Origin: a virus
Length of the DNA stretch: 64,000 nucleotides
Strand: one strand, 5' to 3'
IMG/VR virus record: IMGVR_UViG_3300032224_000723
Span: 1 to 64,000 of that record
A program made the position numbers and the translations under genes. Under the pieces are notes generated by a model. The model did no database searches. It saw only the letters and a list, made by a program, of their open reading frames with translations, and was not told the origin of the DNA. Of the stretch, positions 18,372 through 28,763 are shown one piece after another (positions within the stretch are counted from its first letter, which is position 1; the number at the start of each line of letters is the position of its first letter).

Positions 18372-19553
18372 ATGGCGATACAAACAATCAATGTAGGATC
18401 AAGTCCAAACGATGGCACTGGGGACAGCCTTCGTTCAGCATTTATTATATCTAATAACAACTTTGCATACCTAGCTAGTATCACTGGTAGTAATAGCAAC
18501 ATCACTGCAAATACATTAACTATTAACGGCAATGTATATTTGGGACAATCATTGAGTTATGTACCAGCAAATGCTAATTTGCAGGTTGGCGGCACTGCTA
18601 ACTCATTTGTACAAATAGCGGCACAAAATAAATCTTCGGGCACAGCGGCATCCACTGATATTGCGGCTGTAGCAGATAATGGCAGCGACAATGACGGCTA
18701 TGTTGATATGGGTATTACTTCTAGTACCTACAACCAATCAGCTTACAGCGTATACGGTCCCAATGATGGATATATTATTGCCGCTGGCAACACTACAACA
18801 GGTGGTGGTAACTTAATTTTAAACACTTACAATACCAAAGATATTGTATTTGTAACTGCAGGTACTACAACTGCAAATGAACAAGCACGTTTTAAAAGTA
18901 ACGTTGGACTAATAATCAAAACCAATGTTGCTACTTCAAGTACCTCTACAGGTGCGCTACAAGTTCAAGGTGGAGCTGGTATCACTGGCAGCATACAAAT
19001 GGGTGGTAACCTTTCTTCTGGCGGGACTGGCACCTTTACTGGAAACTTAACAGCAGGTAATTTAAGCGGAACTTACATCACAGGAACATTGACGACATCA
19101 TCTCAACCTAGTATTACATCAGTTGGAACATTAGCATCCAATTTAGTATTAGCTTCAGGCGTTTGGTTGACGTCTGTTAGTCCAGGTTCCGGAAATATTA
19201 ATCTAATTGATTTGAATGTTTTAACTGTAAAAACCTATGCTACATTTAACATAAACAGTGCAGTAACAGATACAGTGATTTTAGATGCAGGAAACTTAAC
19301 GCCACAAACTGCCGGCATATCAATGAATGCTAACGTTACATTGAGTTATAGCTCCACTATTAGTCCTGGGTATGTTAGACGAACATTTTATCAAAATTTC
19401 AGCGGATCAACAAAGCAAATTGTATTACCCAATAACATAAACAATAAAGGGACAAATGTGATAATAATTGCCAATGGTATTACGGCTAGTTTTACATATA
19501 CTGCATTAGATAATACCCAAGCAAACGTAGCGGTATTTGTGGCTAATAACTAA
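18372..19553 (+). CDS. Baseplate/tail fibre-type structural protein
   Basis: INVGSSPNDGTGDSLRSAF (T4 gp9/gp10-like start); STSTGALQVQGGAGI fibre repeat. Confidence 0.75.
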   Translation: MAIQTINVGSSPNDGTGDSLRSAFIISNNNFAYLASITGSNSNITANTLTINGNVYLGQSLSYVPANANLQVGGTANSFVQIAAQNKSSGTAASTDIAAVADNGSDNDGYVDMGITSSTYNQSAYSVYGPNDGYIIAAGNTTTGGGNLILNTYNTKDIVFVTAGTTTANEQARFKSNVGLIIKTNVATSSTSTGALQVQGGAGITGSIQMGGNLSSGGTGTFTGNLTAGNLSGTYITGTLTTSSQPSITSVGTLASNLVLASGVWLTSVSPGSGNINLIDLNVLTVKTYATFNINSAVTDTVILDAGNLTPQTAGISMNANVTLSYSSTISPGYVRRTFYQNFSGSTKQIVLPNNINNKGTNVIIIANGITASFTYTALDNTQANVAVFVANN

Positions 19554-19561
19554 AGGTAAAA

Positions 19562-22351
19562 ATGGCAGCAATTTGGCTCACCCCCGCTGGAAATTTAGGA
19601 ACTATTCCTGAATCAGTTTATTATCAAGCTCAACTTGATGCTTATAATGCTGCGGGCGGAACATTAACCTATTCATTGATTTCCGGCAGTCTACCCAGTG
19701 GGTTAACTTTTACTTCCTCTGGAATGATTTCTGGTATACCAAATGCTGTTACCACCGAAACTAAAAATTCATTCACCATAAGAATTACCAACAGTGCCAA
19801 CCAAGTCACTGATAGAACATTTAGCTTATCTGTGGGATTTATTATTCCTCCTATAATTGTACCTGAACCTGGGTCACTGGGAACGTATGTCAGTGGTGAC
19901 TGGGTAGATTTACAGTTAACAGCAACTGAACCTGTTGGTTCATTGACCTCCACTTTTAGTTTATATGCTGGTTCATTGCCCAATGGTTTAACATTGACTG
20001 ACACTGGTAGAATCTACGGATATTTAAGACCAGTTATCAGTGATACAGCAGGTCAACAATCGGGATTTGACGGCAGCGCATTTGACAAATACGTATTTGA
20101 TTTTTTAGGTGTTGAGCTAAGTAAAAATTACGTGTTTTCCGTAAAAGCCTATGATGGCGCAGCCACAGACATAAACACATTTTCTATATTTGTATATTCT
20201 AGAAATAGTGTTACTGCTGACTCAACATACTTTACCGCTGACAACAGTACCATCGTTACCGCTGACACCAGCAAAGTTTATAGTCCAGTCTTATACACAG
20301 ATCCTGGATCAATTGGTGATGTTAGACAAAACGCAAAGTTTGCATTTCAATTTATGGCAGAAGATTTTAATGCGGATACTATAACATTTAATTTAGGTGG
20401 CAATGCATTACCTACTGGACTTAATTTGAGTAGTGTAACTGGGTGGATGACTGGCATAGTACCTTACGGCGCATTGGGAAGCTCAACGTATAATTTCACG
20501 GTAAACGTCTCTAAAGTTAATAAAGGTATCACATATACTAGTCAGACTAGAGATTACAGCATAAAATTAATTGGTAGAATTGACAACACTGTTAATTGGA
20601 TAACCAGTAGTAACATAGGATCAATTTATAATGGTGCAATTAGTGAATTATCCATACAAGCCAGTACTACCAGCAATAAAACATTACTGTATAAATTAAT
20701 CGACAGTAGCATAGGTGCAATGCCTTACGGACTAACACTATTACCAGACGGTTTAATATGTGGTAGAGCCAGTTTTAATGTTGCTAGCCCAAGCCAAACA
20801 TTTACATTCACTGTGGCTGCTTACGATTCTGATAACTTAGTATACGATGAAAAAGAATTTACTATTACTGTAGTTAAACGAGATCAACGTCCATACGAAA
20901 ATCTTTACATACAAGGTTTGGTTGGAAGGGATCAAAGACAAACATATGAAGAACTTATCAATAACGGAGATGTGATACCTAATGATTATATCTATCGTGG
21001 ATCAGATCCTTGGTTTGGTAAAAACTTATTACGAAGAAGTTTGTTTTTAACTGGCTTAAATCCAGATACTATGGCTGATTTTGTTTCTGCCATGCAGTTA
21101 AATCATTATCAAAAAACACTTAGGTTAGGTAACGTTAGAACAGCAAGAGCGTTAGACGAAACTTTTAATGTAAAATATGAAGTTGTTTATTTGGAGTTAC
21201 TAGATCCTTACACTGATCTTGTGGTAAGTAATGCTGTCAGTGGTGTATCTGAAACTATCACCACACCACTGGCTCTTACTTGGCCAACAAATACACAGGG
21301 TATTACTACAGTATATCCAAATAGTTTTACTAACATGGTTCGCAGAATGTCTGCTAACATAGGATATCAAGATCGTAGTATACTGCCTTCTTGGATGACC
21401 AGTAGACAAGAAAATGGCACTGTATTGGGATTCACTAGATGTTTGGTTCTTGCTTATGTAAATCCTGGACGCAGTGCAGAAGTTGCTTTTAGAGTTAAAT
21501 CGTACTACGACGGGCTAAACAGTATTGATTATACCATTGATAGATATCTATTAGACAGTGTGTTAAGCAATAATTTTATTGTCACCCCAGTCACTGGCTC
21601 TGGAAATATAACTGCTAATATCCGTTCAGCTAATATAACTGGAAATAGCACAGCATTTACCAGTAACTTAGCCACTAATGCTAGAATCTATTCCAGCAAC
21701 ATAACACTTGGAAACGTTGCCAACGTCATAACTGCAACATCATTAACGTTGTCTGCCAACTCTTTAAGTAACGTCAGCAGTTCAAGTTGGAGTTACGGTA
21801 ACATATTCATTGTTAATAATTATTCTACTGGATCAGGCAATATATCTGCCAACACTAATAGCAACATAGTAATTGGTCAAGTAACTTATGTTACAGGCAG
21901 CGGCACTATATCAGGAACTTCGGGCAATAGTGTTATAACAGGCATTAGTACCAAATTCAGTACTGAAGTATCGCCGGGAGACAAACTATATAGAAGCCTA
22001 TTAGGCAATTTATCTGCTAATGTAATTGGTACTGTTGCAAGCATAACCAGCAACACATCATTGAAGTTGGCCGACCCATTGAGTTCTACTATATCCAGCA
22101 TCAGTTATTATGCAGACGATAGCACTACACTGTTCAGATCTGAAATTCACCAAGGTGATATTATTGTTGCAAATGGTGTAACATTGGGAACAGTTGATTG
22201 GATATCTAGCAATACTTCATTGATTCTAACAGCAAATGCAGCGGGCAACGTAGCAAACGTATCCTATACACATACTGCAAGAGACCCGTATACAGTGCCA
22301 GGACAAGGTGACTTATATTTGAAGTTTCCTCAGGTGAATATACTAGCATAA
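19562..22351 (+). CDS. Large virion protein with repeated Ig-like domains
   Basis: Repeated YSLISGSLPSGLT / LPNGLTL..G.I.G units. Confidence 0.8.
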   Translation: MAAIWLTPAGNLGTIPESVYYQAQLDAYNAAGGTLTYSLISGSLPSGLTFTSSGMISGIPNAVTTETKNSFTIRITNSANQVTDRTFSLSVGFIIPPIIVPEPGSLGTYVSGDWVDLQLTATEPVGSLTSTFSLYAGSLPNGLTLTDTGRIYGYLRPVISDTAGQQSGFDGSAFDKYVFDFLGVELSKNYVFSVKAYDGAATDINTFSIFVYSRNSVTADSTYFTADNSTIVTADTSKVYSPVLYTDPGSIGDVRQNAKFAFQFMAEDFNADTITFNLGGNALPTGLNLSSVTGWMTGIVPYGALGSSTYNFTVNVSKVNKGITYTSQTRDYSIKLIGRIDNTVNWITSSNIGSIYNGAISELSIQASTTSNKTLLYKLIDSSIGAMPYGLTLLPDGLICGRASFNVASPSQTFTFTVAAYDSDNLVYDEKEFTITVVKRDQRPYENLYIQGLVGRDQRQTYEELINNGDVIPNDYIYRGSDPWFGKNLLRRSLFLTGLNPDTMADFVSAMQLNHYQKTLRLGNVRTARALDETFNVKYEVVYLELLDPYTDLVVSNAVSGVSETITTPLALTWPTNTQGITTVYPNSFTNMVRRMSANIGYQDRSILPSWMTSRQENGTVLGFTRCLVLAYVNPGRSAEVAFRVKSYYDGLNSIDYTIDRYLLDSVLSNNFIVTPVTGSGNITANIRSANITGNSTAFTSNLATNARIYSSNITLGNVANVITATSLTLSANSLSNVSSSSWSYGNIFIVNNYSTGSGNISANTNSNIVIGQVTYVTGSGTISGTSGNSVITGISTKFSTEVSPGDKLYRSLLGNLSANVIGTVASITSNTSLKLADPLSSTISSISYYADDSTTLFRSEIHQGDIIVANGVTLGTVDWISSNTSLILTANAAGNVANVSYTHTARDPYTVPGQGDLYLKFPQVNILA

Positions 22352-22377
22352 ATATTGGTAACGGAGTATTATATTAA

Positions 22378-23607
22378 ATGACGAGCCAAATTACATCCAG
22401 TAATATTGACGGAACTTTTCCAGTAGCAGGACAAGATAATCCTAGCCAAGGGTTTCGAGATAATTTTACCAATATTAAAAACAATTTTACCTACGCTGCC
22501 AGCGAAATCAGCGACTTACAAAGCAAAGCATTATTGAAAAGTGCGTTAACTGGCACCACACTGAATAATGACATGCAGGGTGCAACCATTAACAATGCCA
22601 CAGCATTGAGTTTTAGAGAAACTGTTTATGATTTTGGTTCTGTAAGTGGCAACCAAAACATAGATTTTACCCAAGCAAATTATCAAACAATAACTTTAGC
22701 AGGTAGCGTAACTTTTGCATTTACTAATTTTGCTACCACCACAGGTACACACGCCAGAGTTAGAATTAGACTTGTTGTACCAAATGTGTTGTATACCGTT
22801 ACTTGGCCCAGCAGTGTTGACGCAACCGATTTAAGTACTATTTCTGGTGCTGTTGGGACATTGTTGACTTTTAGCAATGCTGGAACTTATATATTTGAAA
22901 TTGGTACTATCAACGGTGGTACTAGTTTCTATATTATTGATATGAGTCGTGCTAGGGATATTATACCTGGCGGTAACTTACAAGTTATCACCAGTGTATC
23001 CAATGTTGCAACAGCAGGTGTTACTCTAACTGCAACCAATATTGGCGGAGTTGTTGTGGGCAACGTTTATGCAACTAACTTCTTTGGTAATATTATCACC
23101 ACTAGTCCAAACAGTGCAAGTTTTGTAGGCAACGTTACTGCTGGTAATATAGTTGCCAACACTGGAATTTATGGAAATATTCTTACCCCTATACAAAGTA
23201 ATATTACATTACTGGGAACATTAAGCAGTTTGAGCGTAAGCGGTAATGCCAACGTTGGCAATTTAATCGTAAGTGGCACAACTGACTTCTGTGCAGCCTA
23301 TCAAGAAACAGGTATTCAGTACTTAGGTAACATTGGTACTGGCGGTAGTACAAACATTTACGGTAACGTAAGTCTAGTTATTGTAGCACCAAATGCGGCT
23401 ATTGCAAGTTATACTTTGGTCATGCCTAGCGCACCATTAAACGGACAAATAGTTCGAATTGTGTTTGCCAACACTATCACTACACTAAATCAAACAGCTG
23501 GTGCTGCAACCATAAAAGGTACATATACCACAGCCAATGCCAACGTTGGCGGCCAATGGGTTTATTATACTCCTACAACAACTTGGTATAAATTATCGGG
23601 CACCTAA
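22378..23607 (+). CDS. Virion structural/tail protein
   Basis: FPVAGQDNPSQGFRDNF start; beta-rich; TAAATA and GGAG SD. Confidence 0.7.
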   Translation: MTSQITSSNIDGTFPVAGQDNPSQGFRDNFTNIKNNFTYAASEISDLQSKALLKSALTGTTLNNDMQGATINNATALSFRETVYDFGSVSGNQNIDFTQANYQTITLAGSVTFAFTNFATTTGTHARVRIRLVVPNVLYTVTWPSSVDATDLSTISGAVGTLLTFSNAGTYIFEIGTINGGTSFYIIDMSRARDIIPGGNLQVITSVSNVATAGVTLTATNIGGVVVGNVYATNFFGNIITTSPNSASFVGNVTAGNIVANTGIYGNILTPIQSNITLLGTLSSLSVSGNANVGNLIVSGTTDFCAAYQETGIQYLGNIGTGGSTNIYGNVSLVIVAPNAAIASYTLVMPSAPLNGQIVRIVFANTITTLNQTAGAATIKGTYTTANANVGGQWVYYTPTTTWYKLSGT

Positions 23608-23659
23608 ACTTGACTTTATTAGACAATTAGTGTAAACTGTTATCTAATAGGAGAGCATA

Positions 23660-24070
23660 ATGCAAATCGATTTGAACAAATACTCAGACTTTGTTAAGGC
23701 AGTAACATCCGCAGAGTCAAACAACTACGATCACTTAAATCGCAGGATCGAAAATCTTAGAAAAGAAACACCCCCAGTTAATGTTAGTTTGTTATTAACG
23801 GCTGGGTTAGGTTTAGGCAGCGAAGGCGGTGAATTCCAAGAGATTGTTAAAAAGATTTTCTTCCAAGGTAAACCACTTAACGAAGAAAATATTTTTCATA
23901 TGAAACGTGAACTAGGCGACATTATGTGGTATTGGACCAATGCTTGTCGTGCATTGGATCTTGACCCTAATGAGGTTATTGCTGAAAATGTAGAAAAATT
24001 AAAGTCACGCTATCCAGGTGGTAGCTTTGATGCTTACTATTCAGAAAATCGTAAAGAGGGTGATTTATGA
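23660..24070 (+). CDS. MazG-like NTP pyrophosphohydrolase
   Basis: GLGSEGGEFQEIVKK..ELGDIMWY..NVEKLKSRYP. Confidence 0.92.
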   Translation: MQIDLNKYSDFVKAVTSAESNNYDHLNRRIENLRKETPPVNVSLLLTAGLGLGSEGGEFQEIVKKIFFQGKPLNEENIFHMKRELGDIMWYWTNACRALDLDPNEVIAENVEKLKSRYPGGSFDAYYSENRKEGDL

Positions 24071-24189
24071 GCGATGAACTTTATGAATCTTTAAAAAAGA
24101 TACACGATCTATTGTCCGACGGTAGAATCTTTATGGCCCGCGAACAATTAGAAGCACTGTTGGGAATAGACTCAAAAGAGGCGGCTTAA
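24067..24189 (+). CDS. 40-aa hypothetical protein
   Basis: ATGA overlap upstream and TAATG overlap downstream; fills gap. Confidence 0.55.
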   Translation: MSDELYESLKKIHDLLSDGRIFMAREQLEALLGIDSKEAA

Positions 24190-24425
24190 TGCACCCATTA
24201 ACACCAGACCTAAGTCAGTTAACCGACGCTGATTTATCTAAGAAACACAATGAGCTAACAGCTAAACTTACACAAGCATATAGGTTTGGTAATGGACAAT
24301 TGGTTTACCAGTTGCAAATGGTCTTAGAAGACTATACAATGGAAATAGGCAGACGCCAACAAAAATTAATGGACGAACTCACTAAAAGCAATAAAGAGTT
24401 TAAAGGCATTATTGATATTCAATGA
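24189..24425 (+). CDS. Hypothetical helical protein
   Basis: 78-aa ORF coupled to neighbours. Confidence 0.7.
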   Translation: MHPLTPDLSQLTDADLSKKHNELTAKLTQAYRFGNGQLVYQLQMVLEDYTMEIGRRQQKLMDELTKSNKEFKGIIDIQ

Positions 24426-24934
24426 ATTTTGACAAATACGGTCAATGTTATACAACCACAGATGAACTCTGTGAGCTACTTTATAAAAATCCCAGCATTG
24501 ATTTGACTAGATTTTTTGTACAAGATCCTGTACAATACAATAAAAGCGTCAAAGACTTGTATGCAGAGTTACCAAAACTACAACCGTACTTGGCTGTGGA
24601 TATATCCGCAGAAGAATATCATGCAAAGTTACAGAAGAATTGGCACATGCCCGAAGAGTATGTCAAATTAGATATTGCAGAACATATACTTACACAATGT
24701 AAAACTGAAGAAGAACTACAGCGTGTAGGCCAAGAACTAATACTGTATCAAGAACGTGATTTGTTTGACTTGTTGCGTTTTATGAAATACCTAGTAGATA
24801 CACTGAGAAAGAATAATTTAGTGTGGGGTGTAGGCAGGGGTAGTAGTGTGGCCAGTTATGTGTTATACTTATTAGGCGTTCATAAAATTAATAGTCTATA
24901 TTATGATTTGGACATCTCAGAGTTTCTTAAATAA
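24422..24934 (+). CDS. Stand-alone DnaE (Pol III alpha) palm fragment
   Basis: LQRVGQELILY...WGVGRGSSVASYVLYLLGVHKINSLYYDL. Confidence 0.85.
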   Translation: MNFDKYGQCYTTTDELCELLYKNPSIDLTRFFVQDPVQYNKSVKDLYAELPKLQPYLAVDISAEEYHAKLQKNWHMPEEYVKLDIAEHILTQCKTEEELQRVGQELILYQERDLFDLLRFMKYLVDTLRKNNLVWGVGRGSSVASYVLYLLGVHKINSLYYDLDISEFLK

Positions 24935-24951
24935 CTATATAGGAGACTACA

Positions 24952-25173
24952 ATGGCAAATGTATATAAAACTGCAAATGGACAAATGGTTAACATGGACA
25001 ATATGAGACTGGCAAACGAGAAAACACCAGCTATTGGAAATATGAATGTCAATGCAAGAGGAGACGAGATAGCTGCCGACGGTACTATCATTACACCTAA
25101 AAAAGATATTATGAAACAGCACTATCATAACAAGTTAGAAGCTGATAATGAATTTAATCGAAAAGAGAGATAA
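24952..25173 (+). CDS. Hypothetical phage protein
   Basis: TAAATA and AGGAG SD; GNMNVNARGD motif. Confidence 0.75.
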   Translation: MANVYKTANGQMVNMDNMRLANEKTPAIGNMNVNARGDEIAADGTIITPKKDIMKQHYHNKLEADNEFNRKER

Positions 25174-25178
25174 TCAAT

Positions 25179-25601
25179 ATGGCAATGGAAAATCCGTTCA
25201 GCGATCCGCTGAAATTCAAATTTACAAATAAAATTAGTAAACTTATTCCACTTAGCAATCATGTTATTGTTACAGACATGAACTTTGGACAGCGTAAACT
25301 TAGCAGTGGAGTTATCCTATTAGGGGACGATGGCAAAACTGATGGTATTCGCCCTCGTTGGTGTAAGGTTTATGCTATTGGTCCAGATCAAACAGATGTT
25401 AAAGTTGGTGATTGGATCTTAGTGGAGCATGGTCGTTGGACACGTGGTGTTGAAGTTGATATCAACGGTGAAGAATTAACTTTACGCAGAGTTGACCCAG
25501 ATTGCATTATGGGTGTTAGCGATGAACCTCCCAATGCAGATGACAACATTTCTACATCAGTTCATGCACAACAAAAACAGAGAGAATATTATGGCGATTA
25601 G
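25179..25601 (+). CDS. groES: GroES-like co-chaperonin
   Basis: LIPLSNHVIV..SSGVIL..VYAIGP..VKVGDWIL. Confidence 0.85.
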   Translation: MAMENPFSDPLKFKFTNKISKLIPLSNHVIVTDMNFGQRKLSSGVILLGDDGKTDGIRPRWCKVYAIGPDQTDVKVGDWILVEHGRWTRGVEVDINGEELTLRRVDPDCIMGVSDEPPNADDNISTSVHAQQKQREYYGD

Positions 25602-25758
25602 AACATGGACCGTTCCAATAGAACAAGACCCCGATGATTCAGAATCATTATTGTTGACTTTTCCAGATGAACTATTAGAAGAAGCTGGTTGGGTTGCTGG
25701 CGATACATTAATATGGATTGTAGAAGAAAACGGTTCTATTACAATTAGTAAAAAATGA
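25591..25758 (+). CDS. AbrB/MazE-like small DNA-binding protein
   Basis: LLLTFPDELLEEAGWVAGDTLIWIVEENGSITI. Confidence 0.75.
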   Translation: MAIRTWTVPIEQDPDDSESLLLTFPDELLEEAGWVAGDTLIWIVEENGSITISKK

Positions 25759-25988
25759 AAATAGACTGGAATGTTGATCAAGTTATTGGGCAATGCCAAA
25801 AGATGTATAATGGGGCAACTGACCAATATGTCACAGGTTGGAACAACTGGCCTTGCAAACAAGACTTATATCGTGTAAAATTTGCTGTGGACGAAATGTT
25901 AAACAACATTGGCAAGTTCACTGGCGAAGAAACGTGGTTAGAGGAACAAGCCAAAGCACAAACTTGGAAAATTCTAAAGAAAGAATAA
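25755..25988 (+). CDS. Hypothetical protein
   Basis: ATGA-coupled ORF. Confidence 0.65.
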   Translation: MKIDWNVDQVIGQCQKMYNGATDQYVTGWNNWPCKQDLYRVKFAVDEMLNNIGKFTGEETWLEEQAKAQTWKILKKE

Positions 25989-25989
25989 T

Positions 25990-26214
25990 ATGCCGTACAA
26001 AACAGTTTATACAGAAGTAGAAGTTGACGTAGATATCAGTGATTTTGATACTGATGATCTATTAGAAGAATTGGAAAATCGAGGTGAATTGCCTGTTAGC
26101 GATACTGATTCTAAAATACTAGTAGAAACAATCTATCAAAAGCGCCGTCTTGGCAAAGATTATGAACAAGAATTAGATTTATTGCTTTATAATGTATTAG
26201 GACGAATAGTGTGA
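25990..26214 (+). CDS. Hypothetical acidic protein
   Basis: VEVDVDISDFDTDDLLEELENRG. Confidence 0.7.
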   Translation: MPYKTVYTEVEVDVDISDFDTDDLLEELENRGELPVSDTDSKILVETIYQKRRLGKDYEQELDLLLYNVLGRIV

Positions 26215-26678
26215 TTTTCAGTAAAGTTAGAGAACTTAAAGACAAAGGTCTTAAAATCGGAATTACATTTAGTACTTTTGATTTGCTTCATGCTGGTCAT
26301 ATTGCTATGTTAGCAGAAGCACGTAATCATTGCGATTACTTGATTGCGGGACTACAAACTGATCCAACAATTGATAGACCCGATACAAAAAATAAACCAG
26401 TACAAAGTATTGTAGAACGTCAAATACAATTAGCATCATGTCGTTTTGTTGACGAAGTAGTTGTATATCAAACTGAACAGGATCTTATTGACCTTTTGCT
26501 TATACTACCAATTGATGTTCGTATATTAGGTGTAGAGTACAAAGACAGAGACTTTACTGGCAAAGCCGAGTGTATCCGTAGAAACATCGGTCTTGTATTT
26601 AATGGCAGGGATCATAGTTTTTCCAGCAGTAGTCTGAGAAAGCGTGTTGCTGATGCACAAAGTAAACCCGCAAACTAA
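26211..26678 (+). CDS. Cytidylyltransferase (TagD/glycerol-3-phosphate CT-like)
   Basis: FDLLHAGH, ERQIQL..VDEV, RDHSFSSSSLR. Confidence 0.92.
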   Translation: MIFSKVRELKDKGLKIGITFSTFDLLHAGHIAMLAEARNHCDYLIAGLQTDPTIDRPDTKNKPVQSIVERQIQLASCRFVDEVVVYQTEQDLIDLLLILPIDVRILGVEYKDRDFTGKAECIRRNIGLVFNGRDHSFSSSSLRKRVADAQSKPAN

Positions 26679-26904
26679 AAACCAAGCATTGGCATTGTTA
26701 GAGAGGCTAGGACTACTCAAACCAAGGCGTATTATCATAGGTGAAGAACGAGAACAATTATTAACTATGTTAAGACTTACGCCTTCCGAAGTTGGCAATA
26801 ATCAACATCTGTGGTCCGAAACATGGCAAATAGGAAACATAACTTACGAACACATCACCGGTGACGGTGTTGATGAATTAATGGAAATAAAAAACGATGA
26901 GTGA
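26653..26904 (+). CDS. Hypothetical protein
   Basis: Overlapping coupled ORF; start uncertain. Confidence 0.55.
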   Translation: MHKVNPQTKNQALALLERLGLLKPRRIIIGEEREQLLTMLRLTPSEVGNNQHLWSETWQIGNITYEHITGDGVDELMEIKNDE

Positions 26905-27181
26905 TGGTGGAAAAGGATCGGCTCCTAGGCCCTACAGTGTTAGCCAAGAAACATTTGGCAATAATTTTGATCGTATCTTTGGTAAGAAGAAAGTTGCAGA
27001 AACTCAATGTTACTGCTATAATTGTAACAAGGACCGAGTAACAGAGTCTGGCATACCTTTTGTAATGACACAAATGATTCTATGCCCAACTTGCGGTAAC
27101 AAACGTTGCCCACATTCAACAGACCACAACTTGGCTTGTACTAACAGTAACGAGCCAGGACAACTAGGAAGTAGATACTAA
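26897..27181 (+). CDS. Cys-rich (zinc-finger-like) protein
   Basis: GGKGSAPRP N-terminus; CYCYNC..CPTCGNKRCPH..C. Confidence 0.7.
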   Translation: MSDGGKGSAPRPYSVSQETFGNNFDRIFGKKKVAETQCYCYNCNKDRVTESGIPFVMTQMILCPTCGNKRCPHSTDHNLACTNSNEPGQLGSRY

Positions 27182-28104
27182 TGAAAGAGCTTTGGACAGA
27201 AAAATATAGACCCAATACCATTGATGGTTATGTGTTTACAGACGTCAGTGTTAAAGAACAAGTAGAGGATTGGATCAAAGAAGGCGCATGTCCGCATCTG
27301 TTGCTACATGGTCCAGCAGGCACAGGTAAAACTACACTGGCTAAAATCCTTGTTAATCAATTGGGCATTGACGGCTATGATTTTTTACAAGTTAACGCAA
27401 GCCGTGACAATGGTGTTGACTTTTTGAAGAATAAAATTGAAGGCTTTGTTAGTACACTACCATTCGGGCATCTTAAAATTGTGTTACTAGACGAAGCAGA
27501 TTACTTGAGTCATAATGCACAAGGGTTGTTACGTGGTTTGATGGAAACATATCAAGAGCAAGCACGGTTTATTTTGACTTGTAATTTAATACATAAGATC
27601 ATTCCCCCTTTAAGATCTCGTTGTGCAGAACTGCATATCAACAAAACAGACCAAACAGAGTTTACAGCAAGAGCTGCCACAGTGTTGGTCACTGAAGGCA
27701 TTGAGTTTGACTTGGATACACTAGACAGTTATGTCAAAGCAACATATCCAGATCTGCGTAAATGTTTAAACTTGTTGCAGACCAACAGCAACACAGGCAC
27801 ATTAACTAATCCTAAAGAAAGCGATTCTGGCACAGCAGACTATAAACTTGCTATGGTTGAATTGTTCAAACAACGTAGGATCAAAGAAGCACGTAAGTTA
27901 TTGTGCGAACAAGCTCGTCCAGAAGAAATGGATGAAATCTTCCGTTGGATGTATGATAACTTGGACTTGTGGAGTAAGACTGATCAAGGACAAGATGAAG
28001 CTATTGTTATTATTAGAAAAGGCATGGTCAATCACAGTCTTGCTGGAGATCCAGAAATTAACTTGTCAGCAACTATTGTGGAGCTAGCACAAATTGAAGC
28101 ATAA
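27181..28104 (+). CDS. Sliding-clamp loader AAA+ subunit (RFC small / T4 gp44-like)
   Basis: LWTEKYRP, GPAGTGKTT, NASR, LDEAD, LRSRC. Confidence 0.95.
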   Translation: MKELWTEKYRPNTIDGYVFTDVSVKEQVEDWIKEGACPHLLLHGPAGTGKTTLAKILVNQLGIDGYDFLQVNASRDNGVDFLKNKIEGFVSTLPFGHLKIVLLDEADYLSHNAQGLLRGLMETYQEQARFILTCNLIHKIIPPLRSRCAELHINKTDQTEFTARAATVLVTEGIEFDLDTLDSYVKATYPDLRKCLNLLQTNSNTGTLTNPKESDSGTADYKLAMVELFKQRRIKEARKLLCEQARPEEMDEIFRWMYDNLDLWSKTDQGQDEAIVIIRKGMVNHSLAGDPEINLSATIVELAQIEA

Positions 28105-28483
28105 AGATATCTACCTTGTGGCATTTTACGGAATGAAGCCCAAGGATCATGTTAACACCAGCGTCAAAGGTTGGATGAATGATCCTGAAAATATTCGTTA
28201 CGATGAAAGCATTGAAATTACACGGGGCATCAAAAAGAATGCTGGTGCTGCCAAAGTTATTGTAAATCTCAGTGCTAAAACTGTTGAACGCAATACTTGG
28301 AAAAATGATGCAGATTTTGACTTGTTGTTCAAGTACTTTTTTGCCAGCTATCACAAGTATATTATCGAAGTCATGACACAGTTAGATCCGGTATATTTGG
28401 AACAAATTGTCAACGAACTCGAATCTGAAATGAAAGCCGCAGGTACTTGGGACGAACAAGAACCCGAAAAAGTAGAATCATAA
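28094..28483 (+). CDS. Hypothetical protein
   Basis: 129-aa ORF with TTG start overlapping clamp loader. Confidence 0.7.
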   Translation: MKHKDIYLVAFYGMKPKDHVNTSVKGWMNDPENIRYDESIEITRGIKKNAGAAKVIVNLSAKTVERNTWKNDADFDLLFKYFFASYHKYIIEVMTQLDPVYLEQIVNELESEMKAAGTWDEQEPEKVES

Positions 28484-28490
28484 ATACTGT

Positions 28491-28733
28491 ATGAGCGACA
28501 TATTCAAATCCATGCGAGCAAAAAAGAAACGGGTAGTAGACCCCAATGCTCCGCCTCGCCCCACTTTGTTGGGACATGAGAAGGAAATGAAAACGTGGCG
28601 TCAACAATTCAGTGAAATGACTGAACGAAGCATCCAACAAAGCGTGGAAATTAATATGCTACGCAGAAAAGTCAATCGTTTGGAAAGCCAAATTGACGCA
28701 ATGACTAGCGTAGTAAATCGCAAACTACGTTGA
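28491..28733 (+). CDS. Hypothetical coiled-coil protein
   Basis: TAAATA-4 nt-ATG. Confidence 0.7.
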   Translation: MSDIFKSMRAKKKRVVDPNAPPRPTLLGHEKEMKTWRQQFSEMTERSIQQSVEINMLRRKVNRLESQIDAMTSVVNRKLR

Positions 28734-28758
28734 CTTTAACTTCCATTCATGTTATAAT
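28730..28758 (+). promoter_or_regulatory. Sigma70 promoter, leaderless
   Basis: TTGACT-17-(TGt)TATAAT-5 nt-ATG. Confidence 0.85.
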
Positions 28759-28763
28759 ACAGC

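Noticed and set aside
24422-24934. Split-intein DnaE
   Set aside because: No intein N-terminal block after the polymerase segment; the ORF simply ends
25591-25758. Toxin-antitoxin pair around the AbrB/MazE-like gene
   Set aside because: Neighbouring ORFs show no recognisable toxin motifs
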